In this document: piece after piece, positions 39,001-51,691 of the stretch
Layout of the letters: every line of letters starts with the position of its first letter
Position numbering within the stretch: the stretch's first letter is position 1
Assembly: GCA_964016885.1 (NCBI GenBank)
Contig: OZ024743.1
Coordinates: 73,842,001 to 73,906,000 of the forward strand
DNA length: 64,000 nucleotides
Reading direction: 5' to 3'
From: Eledone cirrhosa
Lineage: Eukaryota
The notes under the pieces: generated by a model
Told to the model about the DNA's origin: nothing
Databases searched by the model: none
The model's input: only the letters and a program-made list of their open reading frames with translations
Position numbers and translations under genes: made by a program

Positions 39001-39474
39001 CCATCATGTATATCATTATATGTCGCTGCAACTACGATCAAAATTATTTCAGAAATAGTTGTGACTGATGTTATATTAAACTCTTCATTTTTCCACATGC
39101 ACATATGAGAATCTTGCTGAAGTGTCGCAATTAGCCCGGATTGCGTAACATTTGCCGATATTTGGCAATCCTCTGCATATACCGTATCTAAAAGATGTTA
39201 TAGGTGGATGATTACTATAAAAAGGAATTACGTCTAGAGGTTGATCAGTGTAACCAATACCTGAATACTACAATAAAACTTACGAACTAATTCTGTCCAC
39301 TCTGTAATGTAACGAGCAGCCTATCAACCTATCAACTGTACACTTGTTATCTCATTGAGCGTGTGAGCTATGACCGGCGGTCACTAAAATATATTCGGTG
39401 ATTTCCGTAATCAATCAATCGCTCTCGCTCTCGCTCTCTCTCTCTCTCTGTATATACATAATATACATACACAC

Positions 39475-39617
<143 letters not shown>

Positions 39618-39751
39618 AAATGTAATCTGAGTTTTTCGAATATTAATAATAGCATTCGATTCGTTTGCAATTTTGCAAACAAGCCTCAATTTTATAGCCA
39701 TGTCAGGAGAATGAACACTTCATTCTTGCTCTTGTGTTGGCATGCGAACAG

Positions 39752-39799
39752 AACTGCAGACACTAATGTTTCTGGGGATCACCCTTCATCAGTACAGCT
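39752..39799 (-). ncRNA. Mirror hammerhead ribozyme
   Basis: Reverse complement reads AGCTGTA CTGATGA AGGGTGATCCCCA GAAA CATTAGTG TC TGCAGTT. Confidence 0.8.
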
Positions 39800-40155
39800 C
39801 ACTGTTCACCTGCCAAACTGTCAGAGCTAATGAAAATATATGCTATTTTCAAAAATACACAGTGACTGATCGGCTTGATTTGCATATTAGCAGACTGGCT
39901 GATCAGTAAGATCTGCATATTAGCAGATCCATTTTTATTTGAATTTAGCAAAGCCGGCCATTTATCGCTCGTATACACGAAACTGACTCGCCAGTCTGCT
40001 GATATGCAAATCTGGCTGATCAGTGGATCTGCTAATATGCAGATCTGACTGATCAGCCATTCTGCTAATATGCAAATCAGGCCGATCAGTCACTGTGTAT
40101 TTTTGAAAATAGCATATATTTTCACTAGCTCTGACAGTTTGGCAGGTGAACAGTG

Positions 40156-40203
40156 AGCTGTACTGATGAAGGGTGATACCCAGAAACATTAGTGTCTGCA
40201 GTT
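40156..40203 (+). ncRNA. Type-I hammerhead ribozyme
   Basis: AGCTGTA-CTGATGA-A-GGGT gat ACCC-A-GAAA-CA ttag TG-TC-TGCAGTT; 7-bp stem I, GUC site. Confidence 0.85.
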
Positions 40204-40364
40204 CTGTTTGCATGTCAACATAAGAGGAAGAATGAAGTGTTCATTCTACTGACATGGCTATAAAATTGAGGCTTGTTTTCAAAATTGCAAACGAATCTAA
40301 TGTTATTAATATTCGAAAAACTCACATTACAATTATTGTATTCAGCCATGTAGAGCGAAATTTT

Positions 40365-40403
<39 letters not shown>

Positions 40404-40407
<4 letters not shown>

Positions 40408-40565
40408 ATTCCTTCCTCCTCTAACTCTTTATCTTCTATTCTAACGCTATTTTCTGATGAAGGACTAGTATCCGAAATGTTAAGACTATTTTCCAGCTAT
40501 TTCAAGCGTTAAACTAATATATTTTTTCAATGTATTGTGTTGTTTGCAATGCTATTTCTGTTTAC
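40404..40565 (+). mobile_element. pLTR-like remnant with degenerate minimal hammerhead (40451-40485)
   Basis: TTT-CTGATGA-A-GGA ctagta TCC-GAAA-TGT-TA-AGA. Confidence 0.55.
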
Positions 40566-40614
40566 CATACACACACACATATACACACAAACAAACTAAC
40601 ACATGCACACACAT

Positions 40615-40762
<148 letters not shown>

Positions 40763-40769
40763 ATGTGTG

Positions 40770-41180
40770 TGTAAATAAACAAATAAATAAATGAACATAA
40801 ACACACACACACACCCGGATGTGGCGCATGCGCAGACTGAGCACACAACACACACACAGAAACAAAATGGCGTAGGACAGAACAAAGGAGAGGCACAGAA
40901 ACAAAGAAAGGAATCCCCAGTCCCTGAAGAGGTCACAGAGTGTGTGACTAAAGAACTATGACAATATATAAACAACTATCTGGTTGTGGAACCAACCAAC
41001 CAACCAGAAATTTATAAATTTATAAATTTATTATAAATTTATTATAATAAATTGAAGTGAAAGCAACTGGTGCGTGTGTTTCTTATTGGCAACATGACCC
41101 TCCCAAAGTATAACAATATCGGTTTCAACACACGATTTCATATAAAGAATCTTGCTAAACAAATTCAGAAACGAAATATA
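40770..41180 (+). mobile_element. Solo pLTR of the 11375-14350 PLE family; hammerhead at 40920-40962 has GAAA>TAAA
   Basis: Collinear with 13948-14350; TA/TG repeat flanks. Confidence 0.9.
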
Positions 41181-41185
41181 TATAA

Positions 41186-41239
<54 letters not shown>

Positions 41240-41478
41240 TCCGCGAGAATCGCATTTCGGCGGGTAGAAAAAGCGAACGTAACGCAAATTCCGAGTCATG
41301 CTGGCAAGCACTCCATGGGCTAAAAAAGAGCAGAGCAATAAACATAGGTTATAAAGGCCATACAAACTGAGAAGAGTAGTCAAGAAGCCATTAACCACCT
41401 AAGCCAAAAAAACAAATCAAGCTAAACAGGTCAGACAAAATAAATGACATATTCATATATATATATATATATACATAT

Positions 41479-41510
<32 letters not shown>

Positions 41511-42716
41511 CAAACCTGGACCCTTTGAATTTTTGGTAAAATCCAGTACAGGGTTTCTGTGACACCTAAATCAATAATACTGTCTGCTTAAAGCAATAAG
41601 CTTTTGATATAATGATCAACGAAGAATATCATGTTATCAACAGGTATTTTGTTCTGCGCCAGTGTTCTGGATGACACAGTCTTTTGTAAAAGCACATGCG
41701 TAACTCACAAGGGAAAACCCCCAGATTTTTGCGAATGAATTCAGTATGTGTAAATCCATGCAAAAAAAAAAAAAAAATTGCATAAATAGCACAAATCGAA
41801 TAAGCTCTCGACCGGGTAGTTTTTAAAATAAACTTATGCAATTAATCTGTTAATATATATATATATATAAATATATATAATATATATGTTAATTATGACT
41901 ATAACTACAGAGCGACAATATCCAATTGATATCAATAGAATTTTTTATAGATAAAAACCAGTTGGATGTTCAGGACGATTTGAGCCTAGTAAATCCAATA
42001 GTGAGCCAGGACACAATTTTTTATGTCATTGAAGTTGTATTCTATCCATTATTGGTCTTATTAGTCATTTCCTTTTCATTACAAGTATTTTACGTGCATA
42101 CGTAAACAGCCACCAGCCACTGATTGCTGGCCAGCTTAGATATGGGTAAGCTTTGTGTATACCACGTTTTCTAGGTTCTTTCTGACCAGCAGATGAGCAG
42201 TGCTATGCTCGGAAAGGGCTGCTCAGTCACTTAGTGTGCTGCCTAGTTGTGCCGTTGCCAATTTTTGAACGATCAGTATCCTAAGTCACTTACGTGTAGG
42301 TTTTCTACTACGTACTTCCAGCTTGTTGGGTCTGTACTCATCACAGCTCTCCTCATCACCGCAAATCTTTTGAATGAAACATTCTGTCATCCGGCAACAG
42401 TTTAAGATGTTACTGTGTGTGAATTAGATTTTAATGGACATGGCTTACATAGAACCGCACCAAGTTTTCCGATAAAACCAGCCTGTGGCCAATCTATGTT
42501 GGGTCGACCAGCAACTGATTCATCTTCAGGTTTTCTACCACTTTCCTTCTAACTTCCTCAGCACTTTGCTAAGTTTTGTTTGTCTAAAATGTCACTCCAC
42601 TCACTTAGCTAGTTTGGTGGGATGCCAAGTTTAGTGCCGAGGATCCGACCGTCTAACACGATGTACTGAGTTATATGTTACCTGTAGCGCTCGAGATCGA
42701 CTTGAAACACACGCAC

Positions 42717-42904
<188 letters not shown>

Positions 42905-42907
42905 TAA

Positions 42908-42946
<39 letters not shown>

Positions 42947-43084
42947 GTATATACCGTATGTTTAATTAAAAACATTTTAATTAAACATACGGTATATTGC
43001 CAAATATACTATACATACATTCATGTATACATCGCTATTTCAGAGCACCAATCCTAATACCATATATATATATATATATATATA

Positions 43085-43637
43085 TAAAATAATTAAGTAA
43101 AATATGTAAAATTTGGCTTCGTTTATTATAAATTATAGATATACTGCTATATATATTTCGGTGACAGCCATCATTGGCTGTGACCTCTTCAGGCAGTTCG
43201 AATTGGTGTGGGAAAGACAGGTACACATGTTGTTGGAGTGTGTTTCACTCCGTCAATACATCGATATGTCCAGCTCCTGGTTGTGTTGTTATTTCTCTGA
43301 GGAACTGGAAACATGATTCCAGTTCCTCAGAGGAATAACAACACAACCAGGAGCTGGACATATCGGAGTATTGACGGAGCAAAACACACTTCAACAACAT
43401 GTGTAGCTCTCTTTCCCACACCAATTCGGACTGCCTGAAGACGTCACAGCCAATGATTAACTGTCACCGAAATATATATAGCAGTATATCTATAATTTAT
43501 AATAAACGAAGCCAAATTTGATATATTTCACTTAATTATTTTACATTACTCCGGTGTAAACCAACCAACCTGGGTACTTCGTCGAGTGCTCCAATCTGCA
43601 TACTGAGGTGTCGGTAAACAACCAACATATACACAAA

Positions 43638-43640
<3 letters not shown>
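43085..43640 (+). mobile_element. Fold-back hammerhead element (arms 43085-43310 and 43317-43543, tail to ~43640)
   Basis: About 225-bp arms with a 6-nt spacer; tail contains AACCAACCAACC as in the pLTR at 14169; (TA)n flanks. Confidence 0.85.
43143..43197 (-). ncRNA. Type-I hammerhead ribozyme (mirror on plus strand at 43430-43485)
   Basis: ACTGC-CTGAAGA-GGTcACAGCCA atga TGGCTGTcACC-GAAA-TATATA-TA-GCAGT. Confidence 0.82.
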
Positions 43641-43716
<76 letters not shown>

Positions 43717-43719
<3 letters not shown>

Positions 43720-45134
43720 GATGATGATAATGATGGCCGCAAATTCATGTTAGAGAATTGCCATTGCCCGATAAAATGCTCAAAAATTATGAGTCACATT
43801 TGTGGCTCTCTTAAAATTAGCCAAACACTTGCACACTTTGGCACTCACATGGCAACTGTAGGCTCCTCTGGGACTTTCCACTGCTTGGTTCTGACTTATA
43901 TGTTTTTTAAGACCTCCCATGCTTGCACATTCCTTACACCTTTTCAGATCATAACCTACATGAGGTCTACTGATATGACTTTGTTCGTGTCTAATCAAAC
44001 CAGCTTTGCTCAGGCAAACTCGACCACACTGACGGCAAACCAGATGCTGCTCAACAGCTGGCAGTTTAAAAAGTCCCCTTTCCTCACTTTCCTTTTCAGT
44101 GTTAGGTGTTCTCTTCGACGGGTTTCAAAGTGTTCACTTCCTGACTTGATCAAACGTCTCCACTTCACACGCTCCTCAGCCATTTCCCCCCCACACGTCA
44201 GTTGTTATTCCAACACAAGCCAAGGTGCCCATGACACAGTCCAGATACCGCATTTTTGTGTGGTCGTCGTCGTTGCTTTGGAATACGATCATCAGACATC
44301 CGGACCACGTGACAGTACCATTTCAACCGATGCCGAAAGATCATGCTATCTATACTCATGCACCTGTTCCGTTCGAGAACTTCCAAATCACTGACGAACA
44401 TTTTCCATCGCACTCCAAGTATCTTACGAAGAGATTGTTGGTTAAACCTCTCCAGTTCCTTGAGGTGCTTTCTGTATGTGACCCATGTTTCACAAGCATA
44501 AAACAAAGAGATGACACAAATTAGATAGACCTTTACCTTGGTTTCAATGGCGGTACCTCATCTGGATCATAAACGTTCATTCAACCGTCCAAAAGCATCA
44601 CTGGCTTTCTTGATTCTTAAGGATATTTCATTATCATGTGTGCATGAATTGTTTAACGTTCTACCAAGGTAAACGAACTTGTCAGCAACTTTTAGCCTAT
44701 TTCCATACACGTACACACTTGGTGTAGTGTATTCTTTCCCTGGTGCTGGCTGATACATCACAACAGTCTTTTCCAAGCTTATTGTGAGGCCCAAAGCGCT
44801 GAAAGCTTCAGAAAAAGTGTTCATAATATGCTGAATGTAACTTTGTGAGTGTGCAAAAAGATCGCAGTCATCTGCATACAAAAACTCTCGGATTATAGAT
44901 GTATGTTAATACCTTCGTACTTGCACCAAAGCGCCTGTTGTTGAACAACCTCCCTGAAGTGCGATACCTGATGTAAACTCCATGCGAACAATTTTTCTTG
45001 AATGCCATGAGAAATGCTATCGTAAAATATAAGGAAAACAGAGTTGGAGCCGGAATGTCTCTTTGCTTCATTCCATTTTCAGCTGATATTGGTTCAGAGA
45101 TACTGCCACCAATACTGACCCAAGCTGTCATCAT
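43717..45134 (-). mobile_element. 5'-truncated RTE (BovB-like) LINE with (ATC)n tail
   Basis: GMKQRDIPAPTLF, YADDCDL, FVYLG, YACETW, HVVRMSDDRIPKQ, and C-terminal CRQCGRVCLSKAGLIRH. Confidence 0.85.
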
Positions 45135-45142
45135 ATAATAAT

Positions 45143-45179
<37 letters not shown>

Positions 45180-45422
45180 TACTTATCGCAAATCCCAGGA
45201 AACCCGCGTATAGGAGAAATACAAAAGATAGTACTAATGGGAACTGCCCATATACTAAGGAAGATTCTGTCAATATAAGTACATCACAAGTCTAAACACT
45301 AAAGATGCATGTGTGAATATGTATGTTCTTTCTTGAACATGGCGGACCTTGTTGTCTCTTGAGGTCACTGGTTGTGACTTGGTGATAACTCGTATGAACA
45401 TAAAGCAAGATAAATGCAACTG
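45180..45422 (+). mobile_element. Dong-A 3' end fragment
   Basis: Near-identical to the 3' end of 60298-62284; (TAA)n flanks. Confidence 0.9.
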
Positions 45423-45446
45423 TAAGAATAATAATAATAATAATAA

Positions 45447-46040
45447 GATAATGTGTAAGCATTTTGACCTGCCCCATCAAAAGAATTGGTGGGAGCATCA
45501 ACCACCTCCCATACTTGAAAAAGATCACATCTCAATCTTGTGGAACTTTAGCATCCAAACAGACCGAAAAATAGATGCAAATAGACCTGATATAATATTG
45601 AAGGACTTTAAAAAGAGGGTATGCCTGCTAATTGATATGTCTGTTCCAATAGACAAGAATGTATCTATAAAAACATTTGAAAAATTGAGCAAGTATAAGG
45701 ACCTGGAGATAGAAATTGGAAAAATGTGGAAATTGAGAACTAAAACAATACCAGTGGTTGTAGGCGCTCTGGGAATGATACCTAAGGGGTCTAATGATTA
45801 CTTATCGCAAATCCCAGGAAACCCGCGTATAGGAGAAATACAAAAGATAGTACTAATGGGAACTGCCCATATACTAAGGAAGATTCTGTCAATATAAGTA
45901 CATCACAAGTCTAAACACTAAAGATGCATGTGTGAGTATGTATGTTGTTTCTTGAACATGGCGGACCTTGTTGTCTCTTGAGGTCACTGGTTGTGACTTG
46001 GTGATAACTCGTAGGAACATAAAGCAAGATAAATGCAACT

Positions 46041-46041
<1 letters not shown>
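45447..46041 (+). mobile_element. Dong-A 3' fragment (RLE domain + 3' UTR)
   Basis: RPDIILKD..K..KY; same 3' UTR; (TAA)n flanks. Confidence 0.92.
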
Positions 46042-46074
<33 letters not shown>

Positions 46075-49000
46075 TTTCATTTATTGGCCACAAGGGCCGA
46101 TATATAGAGGACAATACAAAAGACTAGGACAGTGGGGTTTTACACAAAAATCGAGTAAACAATATGAATAACAATAACAAAGTAACAAAAAAAAAGTAAC
46201 AATAAAGTAACAAGAAAATTACAAGAAAAAATTCCCCAATAGGGGGGATAACCACCTAGGGTTCGCTCAGGTACCCCACCAGTTTTGAACGACCCGACGC
46301 TTAGAGAACACCCTGGAAGGGAACCCCTCTCCTCTTCAAATTTACCTACCTACAGCCGCATGACCAGAGTAGGCCCACTCACACGGGCCATTCTCGCCAC
46401 ATTCACCCACCTTTCAGCAAATGTATGTACTGGGGGAAGCACTTTTCTCTCCACTCTCACCTTCCTTTCCAAGTGAAACTTGAAAAAGTTGATGAGGGAT
46501 TGGCCGAAGAGAAAAGTGTCTGTCTTCAGTCCTTTCAACCTCGTCGCTACTGCCACCAGACAGAGGAAAATTGCCTGCCCTTCCTGGCCAAAAGAAGGCG
46601 GCAGGTCGATCTTCACTATGGACTCGGCCGATAGCCGGATCCGTTCTACACGCGACAACAGCTGTTCGACATAACTCCACAAGTCAGTAATGCACGGACA
46701 CTGGACGAATGCGTGCAAAACGGTTTCGTCGCTCTGCGCGCATCTCGGGCAGGTCCGTCTGACAGCACTTCCGTGCCTGTAGAGTTTATCTCGAACCGGC
46801 AGTGCCCCCCGGTAGCACTGCCAAGCGAGGGATTTTTGGAAATTATCCATCGTCCCCGGTACAGACTGGTTAGTTCGACTTCGTTGACGCCCAGAGCCTC
46901 TCCGGGTGCGTCGTCGCACTTGCCCACCACTAATCCTCTATAGAACTCGAGAGTGGAAGTTCTACTGACAGCATTTCCCGCCTGGTAGAGGGCAGTGAGG
47001 GCCTGGCAACATTCCAGATGCCAGTCACCCAGTCTCGGTCTCTTCTTGACCCAGGACTGCAACTCAGTCAAAGAAACGAACTGCGCAAAGGCCCGCCTGA
47101 CAAACGGCGACCACACCTGTTCACCGTTTAAGCAGAATATCTGGAGATGCCGCAGCCACAGCGCGTGCCTGCGCAGATGGACCGCCTCACCAGCGGAACC
47201 TGACCCCTCCACAAGAATTTGAAGAAGAGCCGCTCCAAGATGGCGAGGCGCGAACGGGGGCAAGAGACGACAGTCAGACGGTAGTAGATGACGGACGCGA
47301 TGTACGCATTTTCCACCTCCGCCCGACCTTTCAGTGATAGCTTCATCCCAGCCCATTTCTGGGTGAGACTGACTACCCTGCCCGTCACCTCGTCCCAATT
47401 CTTATCCACCTGGAGGTCTGGCCCGAACCAAACCCCTAGCAACTTTACCGGTCCGTCCGTCCAGCGCCTAACGACGTTGTTGGACGGTATGAACTTGCCT
47501 CTCCAGGTGCCGAGTTGCAAGCCCACTGACTTTTCCGGGTTAAGTTTTGCTCCCGTCAACCTTTCATATTCATCCAATAAGTTGCCGACCACCTCGATTT
47601 CTGAGGTGTTCGACACCATCACGGTGATGTCGTCCGCATTAGCCGACACAGCCTTTCCGCGTCCCGGTTCAAGCGGGATGCCCTGCAACCGCTCCAGCTT
47701 CCGCAGTAAAGGCTCGAGAGTCAATACGTACAGAAGGGAGGAGAGAGGGCACCCTTGACGGACCAATCGGGAGACCTGAAACAGTTCCGAGAGGTGGCCA
47801 TTAATTTTGACCATCAAGCAGGTGCCGCTGTGCATTGCAGCGATCCATCTTCTGAAGGCGGGGCCGAAGCCAGCCGCCTTGAGGACAGCCTCCAGGTACC
47901 GATGGTCGACCCTATCGAATGCTTTCGATTGATCTAAATTATCCAGAGCCCCACCGAAGCCAGGTTTACACCCTACCCTCTCTATTATGTACCGCATTAG
48001 GCGGAGGTTGTCGTGTATGAACCTGGTTGGGATTGCGAAAGTTTGCGCCTCCCCAACCGGATTCCCGACGACAAGCGCCAACCTCTTGGCTAACACCCTG
48101 GCCAAAATCTTAAACTCTGTGTTGAGCAGAATTATGGGCCTGAAATTGTCTAATGTGTCCCTCTTGTTCTCGTCTTTCATTATCAGCGTCACTACGCCCC
48201 GGCTCACAGAACTGGGAATACTCCTGTTTTGCTGCCAGTTGCAGTAGAGGGCTTCGAGGAGATTGGAGAACAAGTCTGGCATATTTACGTAAAGCTCGTA
48301 GGGCAGACCATGTAAACCGGGTGACTTGCGCCTCATGCAGCCGACAAGGACATCCTGAATCTCGGCTGAAGTAATTGGCCTTTCGCAGCGCCAAGCGTCA
48401 GCCGTCGAGAGTTGCGGCAAGCAATCGAGGAAGGGACTGAAGTCCGCCACCATCTCTGACCCGTCACTTCCCCCGAACAACCGAACAAAATGTTGGCGAA
48501 AGGCCTCACACATCCTCTTGGAATCGCTCAGCTCGTGCCCGTCTCGGTCCGTCAGAGACCGAATCGTGGTTTTATTACCACGCTGCGCCTCTGCCACGCG
48601 GGCCCATCGAACAGCTTTGGTTCCCTCGTTTCTCAGAGCACGCGCCTTAGCTCTGACAATCTAACCTTCGTGTTTCGCATTGAAGAAATGGTCTAATGCC
48701 AGCACATCAGTTGCAATGCCACTACCAATAGCCTCGTCTAACTTATCTACCAACTCCCCCTCCTTTCTATTTTTCTCTAACGCTACTTCTTTGCTAAACT
48801 CTATCGACATTACTCTAATCTCTCTTTTGAGAGCCCCCCACCATCTATTGTTGACGACTCCCCCTGTCAACTTTTTCTTAACTAAATTGTTGACCTGGTC
48901 CCTGTAAGCCTTACGTGCCTGAAATGACATTTTTAGCTTCCAGTAACCAGGTCCTAACCTACGCGTCTTATCTAGGTCGACCATACAGATCACAAACTTG

Positions 49001-49249
49001 TGATCTGAATAGGCGACCGTTTCAAAACATGGACAGCTTACACTATTTCTGTCTATTTTCCTAATGAATATCCTGTCTATATACGATCTAGATCAGTGGT
49101 CGCCAACCTTTCTAAAACCGAGGAACACTCTAAATATTTTGAATTCTTCACGGAACCTATATAATACAAAACTTTTCAAAAAAAAATAATAAAGTATTTA
49201 TTTATTTTAGTGTTTCATGCGTGTGTATGTAATCGAACACAATTAACTA

Positions 49250-51129
49250 GTGGCTTTTCTGCTGCTGCGCCTCATCAGTGAGTTTAGAAAATCGAGGTTC
49301 AACACTAGTTAATGCCAGTCTCATACACTCGTCAATTGCTGACAGTTTATTCATCTACTTTGTGCAGATTTCTACCAACTGCGAAAACCCTTCGCACAAG
49401 TAGCTAGATGGGAATAAAGTCAAATATTTCAATGCAAGTTGGCTGATTTCATTAAACTACCCAATCAAGAATAAGTCGATCCATAGTTCTTTCTTTCTGC
49501 TTTCGAATATCACTTTCAGGTCTTCGTTTGAATTCAAATCCATCAACTGATGTAAGCATTGTGCAGGTAGTAAATTCTTACAATTTTCAGCGTCATTTTC
49601 TGACACTAACTGCTCGATCTCGGTGAACGGGTTTTTTATCCATAAATTTCCGCTAACAATATCTTTTTCCATCAAGTCAAAATAATCTGAAAAACTTGTG
49701 GAAAGCACATTTAAATGAGAAAGAATAATCTTCTTTAGATTGCTGGAGTCAAAATCTTCTCTCTTTTTAAGCTCTATTTCAAGGTTTGAAAGTAATGAGT
49801 AATTGTCCGATTCAATTCTTTTTATAAAGATGTTTAATTTTCATTGAAAATATGTAATAAAATTGATTGAAGTAAAAATATCTGCATTGTTACCCTGAAG
49901 ACACTTATTTAGTTTGTTCAGTTCACCAAAAATGTCTACTAAATAAGCGAGTTGCACATTCCATTCATTGGTTTCTAATACACTTTCTCTTTCATCATTC
50001 TGTTTTTTTAGAAAAACTATTATTTCTTCTCTCAGTTCAAAAACTCTCTTCATAGCATCCCCAAAAGACAGCCAACGCACATCATTGTTCAATAACAATC
50101 TATTATAATTACTTCCAGAAGATTCACAAATAGATTCAAACATTCTAGAATTTTTTGCTCTTGCATGGATCAAATTGATAATGTTGACAATGTCTTTCAG
50201 CTGGACATTTAATATTTGAGCATCTCTGGCTTTGAATTTTTTTGAACACAAAACCTCTCAATGAATCCTACAATGATTTGAAATACAATTTGGGGTCTGT
50301 TCTTTAATTTTTGCAATCAAACCAGAATTTTTACCAGTCATTGCAGCTGCTCCATCTGTTGTTATTGAAGTCAACTTGCTCCAAGATACACCATTTTTAA
50401 AAAAATACTCTTCAATTTTATTGAATATATCTTGACCTTTAGTTGTGCAGATAAAACAAATACTCTTCTACTAATTCTTTTTTATCAATTAATTTGCTAT
50501 GTACAAACCGTACATAGCAAATTAATTGAGCCTTGTTATTAATATCCGTAGTTTCGTCCACTTGCAGACCAAAACATGTGCTTTTCTTTAGTGCAGTTAG
50601 TATCTGATTTTCTATATCAGAAGAAATATCAATTATCCTTCTTTTTACGGTATTTGCTGACAATGGTAACTGGTTTAATTTTTCTTTGTCCTTAATACTG
50701 CAGCTTTCAAAAAGATTTTCTGTAGCAATTTTTATACTTGGCAGAATTAACTGTTTTCCTAATGTAAATGGTTTCTTGTTTTTACCAATCAAATGTAAAA
50801 TTTCAAAAGATGTTCTTGTTAAAGCTTTATTTCTATCTGACCTTTTACAAAACAAGTCAATGTGATTTTTTGATGTTGTTTTTAAGCGAAGTAAAGTATT
50901 CCAGTGACTTGCTTTTATCATTGGTGTGATTAGTATCAAGGTGTCTTTTAAGTTTTGCAGGATTTAAACAGCTATTTGATAGAACTTTTGAACATAGCAA
51001 ACACATGGGCTGATCTGGTGTATCTTTTTTAGTGTCAGCTTTTTGAAATCCATATCTAACATAATCATCACACCACTGTCTAACCTTACTGCTGGTATCT
51101 AACTTCAGCTTCTTTGCAGTAGACATCAT
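49250..51129 (-). pseudogene. hAT transposase (BED finger + DDE), frameshifted
   Basis: CLLC..KLKRHLDTNH; LQVDETTD; TTDGAAAMTG; HCRIH; VRWLS; LAYLVDIF..LN..LQG; SSYLCEGFS. Confidence 0.9.
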
Positions 51130-51597
51130 ATCAAGGTTATTTATCTACAGTTAATATTTTTAATATGACATTAATAAACAAGAGAAATTAAGTTTTTTTT
51201 ATTACAAAAAGTACTTAAATTAACTTTAATTTTAGATATTTGGAAAAACTTAACTAGTTAAAAAAGAATTTTAATTTTTAAAAATTGAAATTTCTCCATT
51301 TTAGGATGGCAAACATATTATTTAAAGTCTTATAATAATATTAAAATATTAGGGGTTACTGAAAAAGGTGCAAATTTATAAACAACTAGAAGAAATCTTT
51401 TTCAGAGTCCACCACTTCCTGCATATACTAATTTAGGGTCGTATTAAATATTATTGGTAATGTAAATATATTTAAATATCCGCCATACTAAAAGGTGCAA
51501 AAAATGCAAATCAGCTGATAGTGTAGAAGATGTGACGATGGTATTGGAAATTAATTCAGATATCTTCTATCTATTTTGACTCAAAGTTAGATATAAT

Positions 51598-51691
51598 TGT
51601 TTCTACTTTAGGCACAAGGCCAGAAATTACCAAGTGCATTACTGGTACTTTATTTTATCGACCCCGTAAGGATGAAAGGCAAAGTCAACCT
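51598..51691 (-). mobile_element. 5'-truncated S1 SINE with 17-bp TSD inside the hAT
   Basis: TCAAAGTTAGATATAAT at 51581-51597 and 51692-51708. Confidence 0.88.

Noticed and set aside
41960-42715. Possible host exon(s) in moderately GC-rich unique sequence
   Set aside because: No long ORF or recognisable motif, and splice signals are unconvincing; left unassigned.
45349-45897. 182-aa ORF as a separate gene
   Set aside because: Chance read-through from one Dong-A 3' UTR across (AAT)n into the next truncated copy.
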